Below, piece by piece: positions 10,457 to 19,380 of a stretch of DNA of 64,000 bases. The DNA lies in NCBI GenBank assembly GCA_039583345.1, contig JAZDSJ010000006.1, positions 45,654 through 109,653 of the forward strand, read 5' to 3'. The translations under genes and the position numbers were made by a program. The stretch comes from Candidatus Tectiglobus diatomicola (GTDB taxonomy: Bacteria; Pseudomonadota; Alphaproteobacteria; Rhizobiales; Hyphomicrobiaceae). The notes beneath the pieces are model-generated. The model searched no databases. It saw only the letters and a list, made by a program, of their open reading frames with translations, and was not told the DNA's origin. Each line of letters begins with the position of its first letter. Position 1 is the first letter of the stretch.

Positions 10457-10498
10457 AAGTTTTAGCATAAAGTTATGTGGCAAAAGTTAGCATAACTT
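10457..10498. repeat. imperfect direct repeat AAGTT(TT)AGCATAA x2 overlapping an 8-bp inverted repeat (AAGTTATG ... CATAACTT)
   Basis: Read directly: AAGTTTTAGCATAAAGTTATGTGGCAAAAGTTAGCATAACTT. It sits in the divergent aceE/dapE intergenic region. Confidence 0.5.
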
Positions 10499-10770
10499 GA
10501 GATTATTTAGGTCGCAGGCAAAAGCCTTAAACCATATGTTAAGCTGATAAGTATTAAAATTATTTGACATACCAAACTATCAACGATCTAGTATTACTAC
10601 GATATACCGATTTGCCGTAGAAAAATATTAGTAAATTTTCGATCTTCTAAAGGTTTTTCAGTAAAGATTTAATATGTCGTATTTTTCTGTAACGTTATAA
10701 CATGATTAGATTACTAAATCGAAATTAATCCTAATGATAACATATCTCAATGCGCGTAAGGTATTGCATA

Positions 10771-11934
10771 ATGGACGTTTGTGACCCTGTCCCTTTAGCG
10801 AGGGCTCTAATACGCTGTCCGTCAATAACCCCGAATGAAGGAGGTGCTCTTAATCTATTAGGAGAAGTTTTAAAAGATCACGATTTTGTGGTGCACAAAA
10901 TGACATTTAAAGAAAAGGGCACATTTGACGTTGAAAATATGTATGCACGTCATAGTGAACAAAGCCCTAATTTATGCTTCGCCGGGCACGTAGACGTTGT
11001 GCCGCCGGGAGACGAGCATGATTGGTCATATCCACCTTTCGCAGCTGAGATCAGCGATGGCTACCTCTACGGTCGCGGTGCAGTGGATATGAAAAGTGGA
11101 ATTGCCTGTTTTGTAGCAGCGGCCATGCGCAGACTTTACGCAGGAACTAAGCTTTCTGGATCACTGTCACTTCTTATAACGTGCGACGAAGAAGGCCCAG
11201 CTATCAATGGTACAGCTAAGGTTTTAAACTGGCTTCACAATCGCAAAGAGCGTTTAGATGCTTGCCTTGTCGGCGAGCCTACATGTAGTAATTATCTTGG
11301 AGATACTATTAAAATTGGCCGCCGCGGTAGCTTAACTGCGCACCTGACTGTGCATGGCACCCAGGGACATGTAGCTTACCCGCAAAATGCCGATAATCCA
11401 ATCCCAAAACTTATGCAAATTGCATATCGAGTAGCAAACACAGAAATAGATACAGGAAATGATGCTTTTGAACCATCAAATCTGGAATTGACTGTTGTTA
11501 AGATACCCGAGATGGGTTCTAATGTAATACCTTCAGAAGCACAGGTGACCTTTAATGTGCGTTACAATGATAATTGGTCACGTGATAGTATTGAGGCTTG
11601 GGTTTCGGAGCTTTGTTACAAAGAAGCTGAAGAAGCTAATGCTAGCATCACCCTAAAATTCTCAAACACAGCTGATGCGTTCCTGACTAAACCAGGGTTT
11701 CTAGTTGATGCAGTAACAACTTCTGTACAACAGGTCACGGGATGCATACCAAAGTTATCAACTAGCGGCGGCACATCAGATGCACGCTTCATACAAAAAT
11801 ATTGTCCTGTGGTTGAGTTCGGGCATATTAATCGAACTATACATCAAGTAGATGAAAGGGTCTCGATCGATGAGCTCTACCGTCTAACTAGTGTCTATGA
11901 GCGAATAATCGCATTGCATTTGGGGGGAGAGTAA
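10771..11934 (+). CDS. dapE: succinyl-diaminopimelate desuccinylase
   Basis: M20 peptidase motifs (AGHVDVVPPGD, LITCDEEGPA, GGTSDARF). The ORF opens at 10750, but homology begins at MDVCDPVPLARALIRCPSITP, so I prefer ATG 10771. Confidence 0.92.
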   Translation: MDVCDPVPLARALIRCPSITPNEGGALNLLGEVLKDHDFVVHKMTFKEKGTFDVENMYARHSEQSPNLCFAGHVDVVPPGDEHDWSYPPFAAEISDGYLYGRGAVDMKSGIACFVAAAMRRLYAGTKLSGSLSLLITCDEEGPAINGTAKVLNWLHNRKERLDACLVGEPTCSNYLGDTIKIGRRGSLTAHLTVHGTQGHVAYPQNADNPIPKLMQIAYRVANTEIDTGNDAFEPSNLELTVVKIPEMGSNVIPSEAQVTFNVRYNDNWSRDSIEAWVSELCYKEAEEANASITLKFSNTADAFLTKPGFLVDAVTTSVQQVTGCIPKLSTSGGTSDARFIQKYCPVVEFGHINRTIHQVDERVSIDELYRLTSVYERIIALHLGGE

Positions 11935-12238
11935 AAAACAATACCTAATTTTAAAGTAAATAATTAGTCGTGAGAAAATGTCCTTAAATAGTTATTTTTT
12001 GCTTATTATAATACAAGCTTAGATCCCAGCTACCGCCCAGACTTCTTTTTATACAATAAACCATGATCTTTATTAATATAAAATATTACTATAGATATAA
12101 CGAAATCTAATTATTTAGCATAGTAAACAACTTTATTGCGTTTTCGTATGCAACACTAAGATAGTTAATTAAGAAACAAATCCTGCGCATGCAGATATCT
12201 TATACATAAAAAATTGATTTCATATTTCACGCTTAACT

Positions 12239-13048
12239 CTATATATTATGAATAGATAAATCCATAATTTTTGGAATAGTACCAGATAGTGGGTTATCGG
12301 GGTTCCATTTCATCTTGATTGAATGAAAACAAGAACTTAATGCTTCATAAATTAGAAGATAACCTACAAGACTATTCCCAGCTCCGATTATTTCCTTCAT
12401 AATTTCAGAGGCTTGAAGAGTACCAAGTACGCCAGGAATAGCTCCGAAAATTCCAGCCCCCTCAGAATTTAAAATAGCTGAACCAGAAGGTAGTTCAGGA
12501 AACAAACAGCGATATGTAGGGTAAGGAGTACCATCATTTTGAGTTAGATAAGGCTTAAAAGTTGTAAGGTAACCATCAAATGATCCTATTGCGGCGAAGA
12601 CAAGCGGCTTTTTACTTAGAAAACATGCATCAGAAATCAAATATCTAGTTGCGAAATTATCCGACCCATCAGCAACTATGTCATACTTTTGTATCAAATC
12701 TAGGGCATTCGTTGAATCGATTCTGATAGGGTAAGCATTGACAGTTACATGAGGATTAATTCGTGCGACTGTAGCCTTCGCACTAAATACTTTGGCCATA
12801 CCAATATTAGCTGTGTTATGAATAACTTGTCGCTGTAGATTATTCAATGACACTATATCATCATCGACAATGCCAATTGTACCAATACCCGCTGCAGCAA
12901 GATAGAGTATTAAAGACGATCCCAGTCCACCAGTGCCTACGACCAAGACTTTTGCTGCCTTGAGTCTTCTTTGACCTTCGACACCAACCTCTCGCAGTGC
13001 AATATGCCGTTTATAGCGCTCTATTTCTTCCGAAGTGAGTTGGCACAT
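12239..13048 (-). CDS. MoeB/ThiF/HesA-family E1-like adenylyltransferase (atypical, cysteine-poor)
   Basis: Nucleotide-binding VLVVGTGGLGS, DDDIVSLNNLQRQ and SDNFATRYL, aligning along its length to E. coli MoeB as I recall it. The ORF opens at 13105. ATG at 13048 (MCQLTSEEIERYKRHI) fits family N-termini. Confidence 0.85.
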   Translation of the reverse strand: MCQLTSEEIERYKRHIALREVGVEGQRRLKAAKVLVVGTGGLGSSLILYLAAAGIGTIGIVDDDIVSLNNLQRQVIHNTANIGMAKVFSAKATVARINPHVTVNAYPIRIDSTNALDLIQKYDIVADGSDNFATRYLISDACFLSKKPLVFAAIGSFDGYLTTFKPYLTQNDGTPYPTYRCLFPELPSGSAILNSEGAGIFGAIPGVLGTLQASEIMKEIIGAGNSLVGYLLIYEALSSCFHSIKMKWNPDNPLSGTIPKIMDLSIHNI

Positions 13049-13155
13049 ATCCTGTGGTATCCTAGAGTTATATGGTAGTTTAACATTTAAGATAACACGT
13101 TTCACGGAACATTAGCATATTTTTATTGATATCAGATATGTTAATGAATGGTGTT

Positions 13156-13629
13156 TTAAAGATTTTTACTGGTCGAGCCAAAGCCATCCGTACCACGTAC
13201 TGTGGTATTCAGTTTATTTACAATCTCAACTACTACTGTTGTAATTGGTGAAATCACTAGCTGAGCGATGCGTTGACCGCGCTTTACTGTAAAAGCTTGT
13301 TGACCAAGGTTTATCAAGACGATTTTAACTTCGCCGCGGTAATCAGCATCAATAGTTCCAGGTGAATTAAGAACGGTAATTCCATGATCAAGTGCTAGGC
13401 CAGAGCGTGGTCTCACTTGCGCCTCAAAGCCATATTCTAAAGCAATTGCAAATCCACTAGGAATAAGACGGCGTTGCCCAGGAAGAATGACAACTGGCTT
13501 GTTTACAGGTATAGCAGCAGATAAATCAAGTCCCGAAGAATGTAATGTTTGATAACAAGGTAACTCTAAACCTTCACCGTTAGTTAGCCGCTTAATCTTA
13601 AGCGCTGATTTATGTTGAAATTGCGACAT
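13156..13629 (-). CDS. dut: dUTP diphosphatase
   Basis: 157 aa. dUTPase motifs RPRSGLAL, GTIDADYRGE, RGTDGFGSTS. Confidence 0.95.
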   Translation of the reverse strand: MSQFQHKSALKIKRLTNGEGLELPCYQTLHSSGLDLSAAIPVNKPVVILPGQRRLIPSGFAIALEYGFEAQVRPRSGLALDHGITVLNSPGTIDADYRGEVKIVLINLGQQAFTVKRGQRIAQLVISPITTVVVEIVNKLNTTVRGTDGFGSTSKNL

Positions 13630-13706
13630 TAAATCAACCTTACTTTCTTGCGTTTACGATATTGAAGAGAGAAACATTCATTTACTTAATGATCTATTGG
13701 TTTCAA

Positions 13707-14411
13707 TTAATAATTCGAGCCTTTAAATCCTGTTGCAAGCACATATAATTCAGAACTATCGGAACGGCTAGCCTTTGGTTTTACGTGACGCACTCTGGAA
13801 AAATCGCGCTTTAAAGTGTCTAACAGAACTTTTTCAGTACCACCTTGCAGGACTTTACATAAAAAATTACCATTTTCTAATAAGATTTTAGATGCAAAAG
13901 AAGCTGCGGCTTCGGCTAATCCCATGATACGAATGTGATCGGTGCGCGAGTGACCTGTAGAAGGTGCTGCCATATCAGATAACACAGTATGAGCGCCACT
14001 ATCTTTTAAATTTTCATGCAAAGATTCATATTGTTTTATATTCATAAAATCTAGGCACATCATCTGTGCACCGGCAACTGCCTCCATTTTCTCTACATCG
14101 ATGGCAATCACTTGGCCTGAACCCTCTATCGACCTTACTCGATTAACGGCGACCTGAGTCCACCCACCTGGAGCTGCACCTAAATCTATCACTGTATTAC
14201 CAACTTTTAATAAATGATACTTATCATCAATTTCGCTTAACTTGAATGCTGCTCGTGATCGATATCCTAGCCGTCGGGCTTCTGCAACATAGGGATCATT
14301 CAACTGCCTTCGAAGCCACTGGGTGGAAGATAGCTTGCGCCCACGCGCCGTTTTTACACGAACTGTAAAGTTTCTCTGTCCACCCTGATTTTTTTTATTT
14401 TTATGGCTCAT
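13707..14411 (-). CDS. rlmE: 23S rRNA (uridine2552-2'-O)-methyltransferase RlmE/FtsJ
   Basis: 234 aa. YRSRAAFKLSEID, SAM site VIDLGAAPGGWTQV, VLSDMAP, and the K-D-K-E catalytic context. Confidence 0.93.
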   Translation of the reverse strand: MSHKNKKNQGGQRNFTVRVKTARGRKLSSTQWLRRQLNDPYVAEARRLGYRSRAAFKLSEIDDKYHLLKVGNTVIDLGAAPGGWTQVAVNRVRSIEGSGQVIAIDVEKMEAVAGAQMMCLDFMNIKQYESLHENLKDSGAHTVLSDMAAPSTGHSRTDHIRIMGLAEAAASFASKILLENGNFLCKVLQGGTEKVLLDTLKRDFSRVRHVKPKASRSDSSELYVLATGFKGSNY

Positions 14412-14649
14412 AACTATACTTAATTTTCCTAGAAATTAAAGTCACAGATAGACTTATATATCGATAGTTTTCAGGTGGTTTCAATGTAACTAAGTATTGT
14501 GAACACAAAAAACCTCGATCATCAAGGGAGAACGTGTTTAATATTTGGAACACTACAGGTACTAAAGCTAAAATCTTCTATAAACCAAGCTAATTTGGGA
14601 TTATGATTTAAGTGATATGTACTATTATTAATATATTTATTTAACGAAT

Positions 14650-16180
14650 TTAATCGTACTAGACTTAACATAGTGTTATTTCATTTTAAAATTCTTAGGC
14701 TTAATTTGCAAAATCACAAACCTGGCTTAAAAAACAGTACAAAAACCTAATCTAGTAGAGATGCATATGACATTTTTTACTTTTTAGAGTAACTTGCTTG
14801 CAGTTTTATGTTTGCACCTTTTATTCAGACTGATGCAATATTTCGTTAAACATATTTACACAGTTTTAAATTTTACCAAAAAAATCACAAACACTCTGAG
14901 TATGCAGGATTTAAACGCTTATTAGATCTCAATTTAATTACATTGACACTATATTGAGGAATAAATTTATAAAATCAATTTGCTTATATAAAGAGTGGGC
15001 ATGATGGCGGATGTTTAGATTATAGTCTACTATTTCTAAAATTTGAGCGTAAAAATGATGAAGTATTTCAGAATTTTTAGGCTAAGAATATCAACAATTA
15101 TTTTAATATCGCATTAACAAAAAATGCAGTAATTTCTAAAGAAATGCATTTGAAACGCGATCTTGCGAAAAGAGCATACACCTGCCTATACATAGTTAAG
15201 CCAGATCATAAAGTTTTTCTAGAAAAATTAATTTAACTAAATGGCATGTATCTGAGAAATAAAAAAACGATATTCACAAAAGTTTTAGAGTTAACCAAAA
15301 AAAGCGATCACATTAATAATAATATCTTTTTGATAGATTTGACGAGTATAGAACACAGCTCTTCAGGCAAATTTTTAAAACTGCATTATTACAGGAGCAA
15401 CTTCTTACAAGCGTTCAAAAAGACCCTCCCATTTCAGAACTTAAACTATAAATGAACTAGTAATGCAGACTATAAATAGTACTTAAAATCAGTTTAACAG
15501 AATTCAAAGTAAAGCTAGCGAAGCTTTAGGAAAGTTTAGAAAAACTATTAAAGATGATGTAGAAAAAGCATGAGATTTCTTATTCTTATCTTTTAGATTG
15601 TTTACGTGATAGTAAACTACCTTGAAATAGAATAAAGAAAATTGTGTCTTGTATTTACAATATACAAAAAGCTACGACTTACATATTATTAATTAAAAAG
15701 AACCCACTTAACACTTTATTCTTTTTTCCTTACCTCGTATATCAGATCTATGTATATATACACAAATCTATCAAGTTGAAGAATGGCTAATAACTTGGCC
15801 TAATTAAATTACAATCAGAAATTAGCTTTTAAAAAGCAAAAGTAGGTTTAGACAGTTTAATGGACATCGTGTGTTTCACCATAGTTCTACTTTTTTTAAA
15901 AACTTAAAATTAACCAATTTTCTTCCTACTCATGTGCTTAATGGAATAATTAAACGCCTAAATATTAATAAACTTAGTTTTAAGAAAATCAGGCCTTGCT
16001 TTTTAAGAGCATTTCTTACCTCTATACGAGGGACTATCGTTTTTTCATGGTAAATATGATGTCATTCAATTAAGGCTTTACAACTAAATATTAGTTTTAT
16101 AGATGATGTCTATATCCATACTAAATTTCTAAGTATCAAATAAAATTTTTAAGTTGGACTATTCCCTAAACTAACAGGCA
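14650..16180 (-). pseudogene. ppx: heavily decayed exopolyphosphatase (Ppx/GppA family) relic; boundaries approximate
   Basis: There is no long ORF on the minus strand. Minus-strand frames read LVWI*TSSIKLIFS (16092-16118; compare phosphate-1 motif DxGSNSxRL) and SDIRGKEKRI (15726-15749; compare phosphate-2 motif DIGGGSxE). They are about 122 codons apart, close to the ~126 codons I recall for E. coli Ppx. The relic sits immediately upstream of rlmE. Confidence 0.45.
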
Positions 16181-16303
16181 TCCTGCAAATGCAAAACGCT
16201 CTATTCTTCTCATAGGCTTTTCACGCAAGATCTAAATAACGTAAGCTTCTTTCAAAATACAATCGATAACACATAAATACGATCAGTTTTCATGTTCAAT
16301 ATC

Positions 16304-17188
16304 CTATATTGGACGATAATAATTATCAGCCATCTCTGCATTAACAATGTGTGCTACCAACGTTTCATAAAGCTCCTGCGTGATTTTCGGTCTTATTCCA
16401 AACCATAATTCAAACCCTCTAACAGCTTGATTTAAAAGCATATCTAGGCCGTTCAAAACTACTAAGTTCCGCGCTTTGGCATCTGCCAATAAAGTTGTAT
16501 TAAGCGGAGAGTATACGATATCGCACACAATAGAATCATCAGAAAGCAATTTGGTATCGATATCTAAGGGTTTTTTGCCTTGCATCCCAAGAGAGGTCGC
16601 GTTAACTAATAATTTAGCACTTTCAATCAAATTTGGTAGCGCATCCCAACTATGGGGGATAATACTACAGCCAAACCTAACACGCAAGTCTGTGGCCTTG
16701 TGAAGAGTACGATTTACTACATTGATGCGAGTAATGCCGCGCTCAACAAGTCCATAAATAATTGCACGTGCTGCTCCACCTGCTCCTAAAACAATAGCTT
16801 CTTTTACATGGTGGTCCCAATTTGGAAAAACTGCATCAATAGCATTAAGAAACCCTTCAGTATCAGTATTAGTTGATCGCAAAATATTGTTCTCAAACCA
16901 TAGTGTGTTAGAAGCCCTAACAGCAATCGCATGCGCATCAGGCCTTGATATTTGAAATGCAATATCTTTATGTGGCATTGTTACATTGGCACCTATGTAA
17001 CCTTTTTTAGACAGATTATTAATAAATTCAAATATATTCTCTGATTCAACCTCCTCAACACGATAATCAGCATTAAGTCTGTATTGATTTATCCAATAAC
17101 GATGTAATATAGGGGAAAGCGAGTGCTTCGCTGGATAACCTATTATACAAGCTTTTGGCTTACTGATTGCGGACTGATTTTCGTCCAT
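16304..17188 (-). CDS. aroE: shikimate dehydrogenase
   Basis: 294 aa. HSLSPILH, NVTMPHK, NTDTEGF, NADP site LGAGGAARA. Confidence 0.93.
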   Translation of the reverse strand: MDENQSAISKPKACIIGYPAKHSLSPILHRYWINQYRLNADYRVEEVESENIFEFINNLSKKGYIGANVTMPHKDIAFQISRPDAHAIAVRASNTLWFENNILRSTNTDTEGFLNAIDAVFPNWDHHVKEAIVLGAGGAARAIIYGLVERGITRINVVNRTLHKATDLRVRFGCSIIPHSWDALPNLIESAKLLVNATSLGMQGKKPLDIDTKLLSDDSIVCDIVYSPLNTTLLADAKARNLVVLNGLDMLLNQAVRGFELWFGIRPKITQELYETLVAHIVNAEMADNYYRPI

Positions 17189-17340
17189 GTCATCCTTCCC
17201 GATGATTTTATAGCATGAAATAATTGATCAAGTTTAACTAAACAAGAAATCAAATAATGTAATATTTGCAATTAAATCTAAGAGATTCATAGCTAATTAT
17301 AATATCCAGATGAATATTATAAAAACTTAAAGCATGTAGT

Positions 17341-17817
17341 TCATGTGTTTTGACCATATACCAAAGATGCCATCGCATGAAGGGCTAACGTATATCCTTT
17401 GGTACCAAAACCACAGATTATTCCTGTGGCGACTTTTGAAACATAGGAGTGATGACGAAACGGCTCCCGAAGGTGAGGATTTGAGATATGGACCTCTATA
17501 ATCGGGAATTCAAAAATCTTCAAAGCATCAAGAATTGAAATGGAGGTGTGAGTGAAAGCTGCCGGATTAATGATTATACCATCAGCTTCCTCAGAGGCTT
17601 TTTGAATCCATCTTACTATGTGTGCTTCATTATTCGACTGATGAAATGCAAGATTAAATCCTAATTCTCCAGCACATTGTATGCAATCTCTTTCGACATC
17701 CTTTAGTGTGAGTTTACCATATATCTTAGGTTCTCGCTTGCCCAGCATATTAAGGTTCGGACCATTGATAATATAGATGCACTTTTTATTATCGCATAAA
17801 TCTTTAATATCGGGCAT
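17341..17817 (-). CDS. aroQ: 3-dehydroquinate dehydratase, type II
   Basis: [45 protein letters not shown]. The ORF opens at 17835. I prefer ATG 17817 (MPDIKD...). Confidence 0.92.
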   Translation of the reverse strand: MPDIKDLCDNKKCIYIINGPNLNMLGKREPKIYGKLTLKDVERDCIQCAGELGFNLAFHQSNNEAHIVRWIQKASEEADGIIINPAAFTHTSISILDALKIFEFPIIEVHISNPHLREPFRHHSYVSKVATGIICGFGTKGYTLALHAMASLVYGQNT

Positions 17818-18012
17818 ATTATTGTATGTCCACACACATTTCAGGCTTTTAATTAAAATTTAAAAAGTATGAACAAACAATGTGAGCTATGTTGCATTCT
17901 TCTTAACAGTGGATGTCTAATTTCGCTTAGATGATCCTATCTAAGCAAAGAACTAATATGATATTTCAGTGCCTAAAACAGGTACATTTTACTAACTTAA
18001 TGTCTATCTATG

Positions 18013-18507
18013 TCATTTGCTGAAAGATAAGGATATTCCTCGAAAGTTACCAAAGTCTCCAGTTAGATCGACAGACTGTTTCTTATCATCATAGATGACG
18101 TAAAGTCCTGCATCTACGGCACCTGTTGTAGCAAGAGTAATTTTACCAGGCTGAAAAGTTCCAGAGACTTTCCCCTCAACATTAAAATTACGTTCTTCCC
18201 AACTACCCTTAACGGACTTTCCGTCCAGTTTTAATTTTGAGCGAAATTCAAATTTATAACTTGTAGACGCACAACGCACAGCCATACCGAGGAAACTACC
18301 GTTATTCCTAGGAGTATAGTACGCTCGACAACGCAAGTTTTCAAATCTTCCGTCCTGAAGCTTGAGCTGGCCAGAGCCTCTCCACACTCCTTTTATTGAA
18401 CTAAAATTAGCCGCCCAGGCATCGGTTCGTGTCAATGAAGTTGCTAAAAGCAACAATATTAATAAAATAAAAAATCCTGAAACGGCTGCCAGATTTAAGC
18501 TTCGCAT
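18013..18507 (-). CDS. hypothetical secreted protein (signal peptide, no family recognised)
   Basis: The ORF opens at 18636, but ATG 18507 gives a classical signal peptide (MRSLNLAAVSGFFILLILLLLATSLTRTDAWA/AN) followed by a beta-rich 130-aa domain containing two Cys. Confidence 0.6.
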   Translation of the reverse strand: MRSLNLAAVSGFFILLILLLLATSLTRTDAWAANFSSIKGVWRGSGQLKLQDGRFENLRCRAYYTPRNNGSFLGMAVRCASTSYKFEFRSKLKLDGKSVKGSWEERNFNVEGKVSGTFQPGKITLATTGAVDAGLYVIYDDKKQSVDLTGDFGNFRGISLSFSK

Positions 18508-19380
18508 GTGTTGGCCCCAAGGTTTAGATGCGTAATAGATTTCCCTAACATTAACACCACCTACACAATGTGGTATATAAAAAAGCATAATTTTTAGAAA
18601 TCTTACACAATAAGATTGTAATAGATATCCCATCAAAATAGAAGAGAAAGTAGTTTCAGGATTGCTGAGCGAAGTTATTTTTTAATTCAATGAAGTTACC
18701 TTAAACTACACTTAATATAAATCTTAAATACTTTTTTATCCTAGATAGGACATAAACGTTATTACATATTGTACAGGCACTTATCGCGACTTAAAAAATA
18801 CTTCTAATTCTATATATCATTTCTCGATTCATCAGTATGTTGTTTTAATACTAAATAGTAGGAGAACTATTAGTAATGGTATATAGCCTGCTTAAAAGTG
18901 GAAACTTGCAATTTCGGTATATCTAGCCAAGCTACAAGCTCATATATCAGATTTTGCTTAAGACTCAAGATTGTAAAAAATAAACATTACCAAGCCATAC
19001 TCATAATACCTCATTATTAATGTGCTTAATGAAAAGATACATATTAATATTTAGACAGCCCACTATTTCTGGTATCCAACCTATTTAATACATAATGATA
19101 AGACTTGCAGAGAACGGGCTAGATATTATCAAACACCTATGAAACCGATTTCTAGATATTTTAAAGTAGTTTTTTACCAAATTTAATTCCAAAGAAACCA
19201 GAACTAAAAAAATCTTTTATTTCAGTAGGATTAGAAACTGCCTTATTTTAAATTGTAGGTAACAAACGCTAAAGTACCGTTAGATGTCATTAAAATAGAA
19301 AATTTCATCTTAACCATGATACACTTTCAAAGTGAGCCAGGGCTTATTTTAAAGTACAAATCTTACGGGTTCATGGCACG

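Noticed and set aside
15246-16053. Plus-strand ORFs 15246..15455 and 15871..16053 in the rlmE-aroE desert
   Set aside because: They are Lys/Asn/Ile/Leu/Phe-rich translations of AT-rich DNA with no start context or motifs. They lie antisense to the ppx relic.
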